DNA of 64,000 nucleotides from a virus (Duplodnaviria; Caudoviricetes): IMG/VR virus record IMGVR_UViG_3300001598_000004, positions 1 to 64,000 of that record; one strand, 5' to 3'. Shown piece by piece: positions 59,297 to 64,000 of this stretch (position 1 is its first letter; each line of letters starts with the position of its first letter). The notes under the pieces were generated by a model. It saw only the letters and a program-made list of their open reading frames with translations, ran no database searches and was not told where the DNA came from. The position numbers and the translations under genes were made by a program.

Positions 59297-60487
59297 TTAC
59301 TTATCGTAAAGCACATAATCAATAACCTTTCTGTTTGCGTCGTCAATTTTCTTATGGTCAAAATCAATATAGACGGCAGTGACTTTTGATCCATTGGAAT
59401 GTCCTAAGGCTGCACTGATAGTATCAATCGGCACATCAAGGTGTGAAGCGATGGTCGCCCAAGAATGTCGAGACCAATAGGTTGTGATACCTTCTTGTAT
59501 ATCCATACTTTGCAAAGCAGAGTTAAGGTGCTTCGCGTAGTCCTTATAGGATGTGTATCTATCCATCATAGAAAGAAGATACTTCTTACCTTTCAACCTC
59601 TCTATAATCTCATCTGCCTCTGGTTCTACTTTGATGTGATAGTGTTTGCCAGTTTTACGTCTATCATAGTCGATGTACCCATTCCGATAATCTTCCTTCC
59701 TAAGATGCAAGAGATCCACAATGTTGATACCAATGAGCATAAACATGAGTTTAATGACATCTATGTACTCATTGTAGTAAGCTGTATGGTAACGGCTCGT
59801 ATAGTTGAGGGAAAAGAGCCGACGGATCTGCTCTATGCTCAATGCACGCTTTGTTGTCTCAGCACGTCGTATCTTATACTTCAAGAAAGGATTGACCGAC
59901 GCAATACCCTCTGCCATCGCATCTTTTATTGCAGCTCTTATGTTTCTCAGATGGATCGACCTTGTATTAACCTCACATCCGTTCCTCTCTAAAAATTCAT
60001 CAAAGTGTTTTACCCATAAGGCATCCACATCGTCAAAGGTCAATTCGTCTGCATCATCGGCAAACATAAGGATCTTCTTTCGCGTAGTGTCGTATATCTC
60101 CCTTGTTCGCGGAGAACGTCGGCTTTGGGCGTAGGCATTGTACCGAAACAAAAACCTTTCCTCTAACGGAGTTTCGTCAACAGGCATCAGCACCGCATTG
60201 ATCCTCTCAACAAGGTCTTTCGCCTTGAGCTTTGTGTACCCGTTTGCTGATACTTCCATCATTGCGCCTTTCACCTTGACTAAGGTTTGCTGCAACACCT
60301 TATTATAATAGGAGGCACGCGGATGACGGACAACCTTCTTCTTCGTATCATCCCAACACTCTATCGGAATAGATACATTCGCATTTTGCATAGCTGCCGT
60401 GTTGCAACTACGAATGATGATTTTCACAGGAGCTTCATTCTGTTTGTTTAGCTTCCTTGCATCTAAGTAAAGATTAACTGTAGCCAT
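59297..60487 (-). CDS. int: Tyrosine integrase
   Basis: Catalytic residues R...K (RRKTGK), H..RH (YWSRHSW), LGH and Y; start MATVNLYLD at 60487. Confidence 0.93.
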   Translation of the reverse strand: MATVNLYLDARKLNKQNEAPVKIIIRSCNTAAMQNANVSIPIECWDDTKKKVVRHPRASYYNKVLQQTLVKVKGAMMEVSANGYTKLKAKDLVERINAVLMPVDETPLEERFLFRYNAYAQSRRSPRTREIYDTTRKKILMFADDADELTFDDVDALWVKHFDEFLERNGCEVNTRSIHLRNIRAAIKDAMAEGIASVNPFLKYKIRRAETTKRALSIEQIRRLFSLNYTSRYHTAYYNEYIDVIKLMFMLIGINIVDLLHLRKEDYRNGYIDYDRRKTGKHYHIKVEPEADEIIERLKGKKYLLSMMDRYTSYKDYAKHLNSALQSMDIQEGITTYWSRHSWATIASHLDVPIDTISAALGHSNGSKVTAVYIDFDHKKIDDANRKVIDYVLYDK

Positions 60488-60516
60488 AATCGTACATTTT
60501 AAAAAGAACAATAGTT

Positions 60517-60814
60517 TTCTCACGGATTTCTCACGGATTCAGCACCAATCTGTACCATAATGTACCCAAAAAGTGCAAAAACTATGTTTTTTTTAAAACC
60601 TACTCAATCCACGCTACGAACTACCTAAAACGCTATTCTGTTACGCTTTCGAGAGTTAGTTTCATAGTCGGGGTGACAGGACTTGAACCTGCGACCACAC
60701 GCCCCCCAGACGTAGCGTCGTTGGCTCTAATCTTTGCACTTATCTAACACATTTTCAGCACATTACGCATTCGCTCTAATTACGACAAATTTTGCCTTCT
60801 CACGGATTTCTCAC
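60517..60814. mobile_element. attP with arm-type repeats
   Basis: TTCTCACGGATTTCTCAC at 60517-60534 and 60797-60814 flanking a tRNA 3' fragment. Confidence 0.8.
60668..60713 (-). other. 3' half of tRNA-Pro(GGG) = att core (not a complete tRNA)
   Basis: Reverse complement ACGTCTGGGGGGCGTGTGGTCGCAGGTTCAAGTCCTGTCACCCCGA contains the anticodon loop, T arm and acceptor 3' strand; D arm and 5' strand are absent. Confidence 0.85.
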
Positions 60815-60818
60815 CGTT

Positions 60819-61244
60819 TTATTTATTTTCGGCAAATTTCGACTCGAAAAGTTGAAGAAGTCTGTCGATCTGCTCTTGTGACTTTGCAAGGCTTTGCTGT
60901 TGGGAAAGGATCACATCGATGAGCTTATCATCACCCTTCCTCGTTATTTTATTATTCTTGCCACCAACGGAGTTGTCACCGTGCACGGAGTTATCTTCGG
61001 ATACATCTATATTAATAGTGTTATTCTCGAAGCCTTCGGCGAACATATTTCCTTGCCCTGTTTGCAACCATTCAACATTTAGCTCTGGATGTGCTTTCTT
61101 GATCCTTTGTATTACACGAGGACTGATATTGTTTACAGCATTGGCAAAGTATGCAGGTGATACTCCGATATCCTCCTGAAACTTCCTTTTTGACAAGTCC
61201 ACAACTGCGAGGAACTCATTTAGTCTTTCTCTGATCTTTTCCAT
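60819..61244 (-). CDS. cI-like XRE repressor
   Basis: SKRKFQEDIGVSPAYF HTH and LNVEWLQTGQGNM; divergent from the cro-like gene. Confidence 0.8.
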   Translation of the reverse strand: MEKIRERLNEFLAVVDLSKRKFQEDIGVSPAYFANAVNNISPRVIQRIKKAHPELNVEWLQTGQGNMFAEGFENNTINIDVSEDNSVHGDNSVGGKNNKITRKGDDKLIDVILSQQQSLAKSQEQIDRLLQLFESKFAENK

Positions 61245-61297
61245 AATAGTTATTAATTGACAGGTTAATTATCTTAATTATTATTAATTTTTAGCCG

Positions 61298-61344
61298 AAC
61301 TAATCATTTTATATCGTTTTATTGAAAACTATTTTATAATTTTG
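61298..61344. promoter_or_regulatory. Genetic switch region: operator AACTAATCATTTTATAT and rightward TAATTTTG promoter
   Basis: 17 bp (61298-61314) identical to 59139-59155; -7 element at 61337-61344. Confidence 0.65.
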
Positions 61345-61538
61345 CCGACGATTTTATATAACTTTTATATATATGCAATATTAATACTATTTTCTAATAG
61401 GTGCAATAATTATACTTTATTATTAACTTTTTTTAAGTGATGCACTGGAGATTATAGGGGTTTATCGCATTTTATATTAAGTAAAGTACAATTTTTAATA
61501 TAATTCACGAACTAAACACTTTAAACATTACTAATCAG

Positions 61539-61745
61539 ATGAAAACGGCAAAAGAGAAAAAGACACTAAAACAGAAGGCTTTAAGAGCCTATCAAATGAA
61601 GGTCAGAACTGAGTATGAATCGCTCCTTCTGAAAGGATATGGAAAGACGGATGCCAAGAACCTTTGCGCCGACAAATTCAACCTTTCCTTCGCAACTATC
61701 AACAACTACATCAAAATAACCAACGAAATTGAAGAAGAAGTATGA
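61539..61745 (+). CDS. Cro-like small HTH protein
   Basis: First rightward gene; CADKFNLSFATINNYI. Confidence 0.55.
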   Translation: MKTAKEKKTLKQKALRAYQMKVRTEYESLLLKGYGKTDAKNLCADKFNLSFATINNYIKITNEIEEEV

Positions 61746-61954
61746 TAAGCACAACACCGCAAGTAGAGAAGAATAGAATGTACACAATCTGCGAAGCGGC
61801 TGATGTATTACAATTACACCGTAACACACTACGCCGTTATACAGACGAAAGCCACATCTTCTCTTGTGACATCAATCAGGTAGGTCGAAGGGTTTACACA
61901 GGATTGCAAATTATAAATGGTTGGAGGAAATTCTATGGCAAAGCGATACTCTGA
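61742..61954 (+). CDS. Excisionase-like (MerR/HTH_17) protein
   Basis: YTICEAADVLQLHRNTLRRY. Confidence 0.6.
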   Translation: MISTTPQVEKNRMYTICEAADVLQLHRNTLRRYTDESHIFSCDINQVGRRVYTGLQIINGWRKFYGKAIL

Positions 61955-62858
61955 TACCGAAAGGTTTGCAAAGGATTTCTATAAAGGACTGCCTGCACCA
62001 TACAAATTGCTTTGGGAGTATGTATGTGCGAATTGCGACTATGCTGGTTTCTGGAGCGTTGAAGAGGCTGTCGCCCAATACCGAATAGGCGATGATGCCA
62101 TGATAAGCCTTGAGAAAGCTCTTGCCTTATACAATGCCGACTCTTGCCGAGTCCTCACCTTAAAAGGAGGATCTTTATGGTTCTTGACAGGGTTTATTGA
62201 GTTCCAGTATGGAAAGCTGAACATCGCAAAGAACGCAAGCGGCGGTTACAATAAGGTTCATAGGCTTGTAAATGAGAAGCTGAAACACTACGGAATAGAG
62301 CACCTTATAGACAAAGAAACAGGAAAATTTATAGGAGATTCTTCTGCCTCTACTTCTGGGGCAGAGCCTACCCCAGAGGCTGCCCCTACCCTTACCCCTA
62401 CCGTAGGGGTATATGATAAAGATAAAGATAAAGATAAAGATAAAGATATTGATAAAGAAAAAGAAAAAAGAAAAAGCAATTTCCCAAGAGACATCGAATT
62501 GATTTGCTTCTACTACAATTCCCAAATGATAGGCAAAACGATAAAACCTATGCAAAGAATTGCAACGGATAGCGGATTACACAAGAAGATAAGAGCGAGA
62601 ATCAATGAATACTCTATCGAAGAGGTTGAAGATGTGATTTGTAGAGCAGCAAACAGCACCTTCCTTAACGGAGGATCTGCAAACAGGTTCATAGCTACAG
62701 CCGATTGGATATTCAGCCCTAATAACTTTCAAAAAATCTACAATGGAAATTACGACAACAGAACAGCGAGAGGCATCGACACAGAGACCGTCCAAAAACT
62801 CGAAGAATATTCAGATGCCGCTATGCACTTCGCCAAACTTCGCACCCACGAAGAGTGA
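61935..62858 (+). CDS. Replication initiator (lambda O-like) with internal iteron/DKDK linker
   Basis: N-terminal LLWEYVCANCDYAG; GC-rich repeats at 62356-62409; DKDKDK tract; C-terminal ATADWI..NNFQKI.NGNY. Confidence 0.8.
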   Translation: MAKRYSDTERFAKDFYKGLPAPYKLLWEYVCANCDYAGFWSVEEAVAQYRIGDDAMISLEKALALYNADSCRVLTLKGGSLWFLTGFIEFQYGKLNIAKNASGGYNKVHRLVNEKLKHYGIEHLIDKETGKFIGDSSASTSGAEPTPEAAPTLTPTVGVYDKDKDKDKDKDIDKEKEKRKSNFPRDIELICFYYNSQMIGKTIKPMQRIATDSGLHKKIRARINEYSIEEVEDVICRAANSTFLNGGSANRFIATADWIFSPNNFQKIYNGNYDNRTARGIDTETVQKLEEYSDAAMHFAKLRTHEE

Positions 62859-63405
62859 GCCTGCAACAGCAGAGAAATTCTTGGCTCTATATCATTGCGA
62901 CCACGAAACACGCATAGTAAGAAATATCTTAGATTGTTTCGGTGGCGAATTCCCTACCCTCGGCAGAGTTAACAGGCTCTACGGAGAAGGAACGGCACAG
63001 GAGTGGCTTACATACCAAATCGGGCAGATGAATCTCTTTTGTGGTACGCAAAAGATGACAGGTCAGCAGTTGATTACGCTATGCGAGTATATCGCCAACG
63101 ATTTCTACTACCTAAAGGTTACAGAGGTAGTCTATTTCTTCCACCAAATCAAGATGGGTGAATACGGCTCATTCTACGGCAAGGTTGACCCTCAGAAAAT
63201 CACAGAGGCTCTCATCAAATACTTTCTCCCTAAGAGAGCAGCAATCTTAGAAAAGATAGAACAACAAAAGAGGGAAGAAAAGAAAGAGGAAGAAAAGAAG
63301 AATGCCAAATATGCACCTGATTGGATCATAAAGAAACATGGTTTGAAGAAGGGCGAACCTTTATCAAATGTTTTCACTAAACTCAAAAAGATATGGAAAA
63401 ATTAA
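62743..63405 (+). CDS. Replication-associated protein (helicase loader/inhibitor-like)
   Basis: Follows initiator; GEYGSFYGKVDP motif. Confidence 0.5.
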   Translation: MEITTTEQREASTQRPSKNSKNIQMPLCTSPNFAPTKSEPATAEKFLALYHCDHETRIVRNILDCFGGEFPTLGRVNRLYGEGTAQEWLTYQIGQMNLFCGTQKMTGQQLITLCEYIANDFYYLKVTEVVYFFHQIKMGEYGSFYGKVDPQKITEALIKYFLPKRAAILEKIEQQKREEKKEEEKKNAKYAPDWIIKKHGLKKGEPLSNVFTKLKKIWKN

Positions 63406-64000
63406 CTCTTAAAACATTAGTCATCCGAAACTTCCAGAGTTTTGATGAGATAATCGTCGGTTTCTTACCCCACGAGACTAATATAAGTGGAGATAACGGT
63501 GTCGGCAAGACAACTATCTTCTCAGCATACACTTGGTTGCTCTTCGGCAAAGATGCTTTGATGCGAGAGAAATTCGACATCAAGCCTTATGGTTCTAAGA
63601 AGGAGGATGTTGAAGTTATATGTGTTTTAGAACACACTACGGATCATAGTAAAGAAGAGATTGAATTGCGCCGTGTCCTACACGAAATATGGACGGATTT
63701 AGGAGAATATAAGGGCGATGAAACGCGATGCTTTATCAATGGTATTCTTACCAAAGCTACCGAATACAAGGCGTATATCAACACCTTTGCTTCAGAAAAA
63801 AATTTCTACATCCTTACCTACCCAAACTATTTCCTTTCAATGGATACAAAGTCGCAAAGAGATTATCTTTGCAAGATGGCTGGAGAAAAGGACATCAAGG
63901 ATGTTATCACAGGCAACAAGAGATTGCTTGAAGCCTATGATCGCATACCAAAAGGATTCTCTATTGATGATTTCATCAAGAAGATAGAAGGCGAACTCAA
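63393..64000 (+). CDS. SMC/RecF-like AAA ATPase, truncated by window edge
   Basis: Manual translation: MEKLTLKTLVIRNFQSF...ISGDNGVGKTTIFSAYTWLLFGKD. Confidence 0.85.
   Translation, partial: MEKLTLKTLVIRNFQSFDEIIVGFLPHETNISGDNGVGKTTIFSAYTWLLFGKDALMREKFDIKPYGSKKEDVEVICVLEHTTDHSKEEIELRRVLHEIWTDLGEYKGDETRCFINGILTKATEYKAYINTFASEKNFYILTYPNYFLSMDTKSQRDYLCKMAGEKDIKDVITGNKRLLEAYDRIPKGFSIDDFIKKIEGEL

Noticed and set aside
60668-60740. Complete phage tRNA-Pro gene
   Set aside because: The 5' acceptor strand and D arm are missing; it is an att core.
1-64000. Stop-codon reassignment (TAG read as Gln) as in some Prevotella and crAss-like phages
   Set aside because: Long genes are intact in the standard code, and several genes (e.g. 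major capsid) end in TAG.
1-64000. Lysis cassette (holin/endolysin)
   Set aside because: No recognisable amidase, muramidase or holin cluster was seen; presumably outside the window.

Overview
The window is a 64-kb section of a temperate, siphovirus-like Bacteroidales phage, probably infecting a Prevotella-like host. The host call rests on TAnnTTTG promoters and Bacteroidales-type queC/queF. The phage appears to be in its excised or circular form: an attP (3' half of tRNA-Pro(GGG) flanked by arm-type repeats) lies between the integrase and the cI-like repressor. Gene order is: split kinase/3'-phosphatase (1-1.2 kb); tail and head morphogenesis (1.2-21.7 kb, minus); an iteron-like repeat island (22.3 kb); several plus-strand early/accessory operons (22.5-42.7 kb); a 1963-aa MuF polymorphic toxin with an intein and three toxin-type domains, facing three candidate immunity genes; a stand-alone CdiA-C-like nuclease facing a putative sRNA; portal and terminase; a 7-deazaguanine DNA-modification operon (ParB, DpdA-like, QueF, QueC, QueD, QueE, and a PRTase-FolE fusion with a second intein); then int, attP, cI, cro/xis and replication genes. 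No lysis genes were seen, so the genome extends beyond the window. All family assignments come from motif recognition by eye; no database searches were run. The top leads are the toxin/immunity/sRNA module, the repressor-linked and packaging-linked preQ1 modification operon, a fixed-spacing late-promoter motif, and a duplicated non-coding origin-like array.
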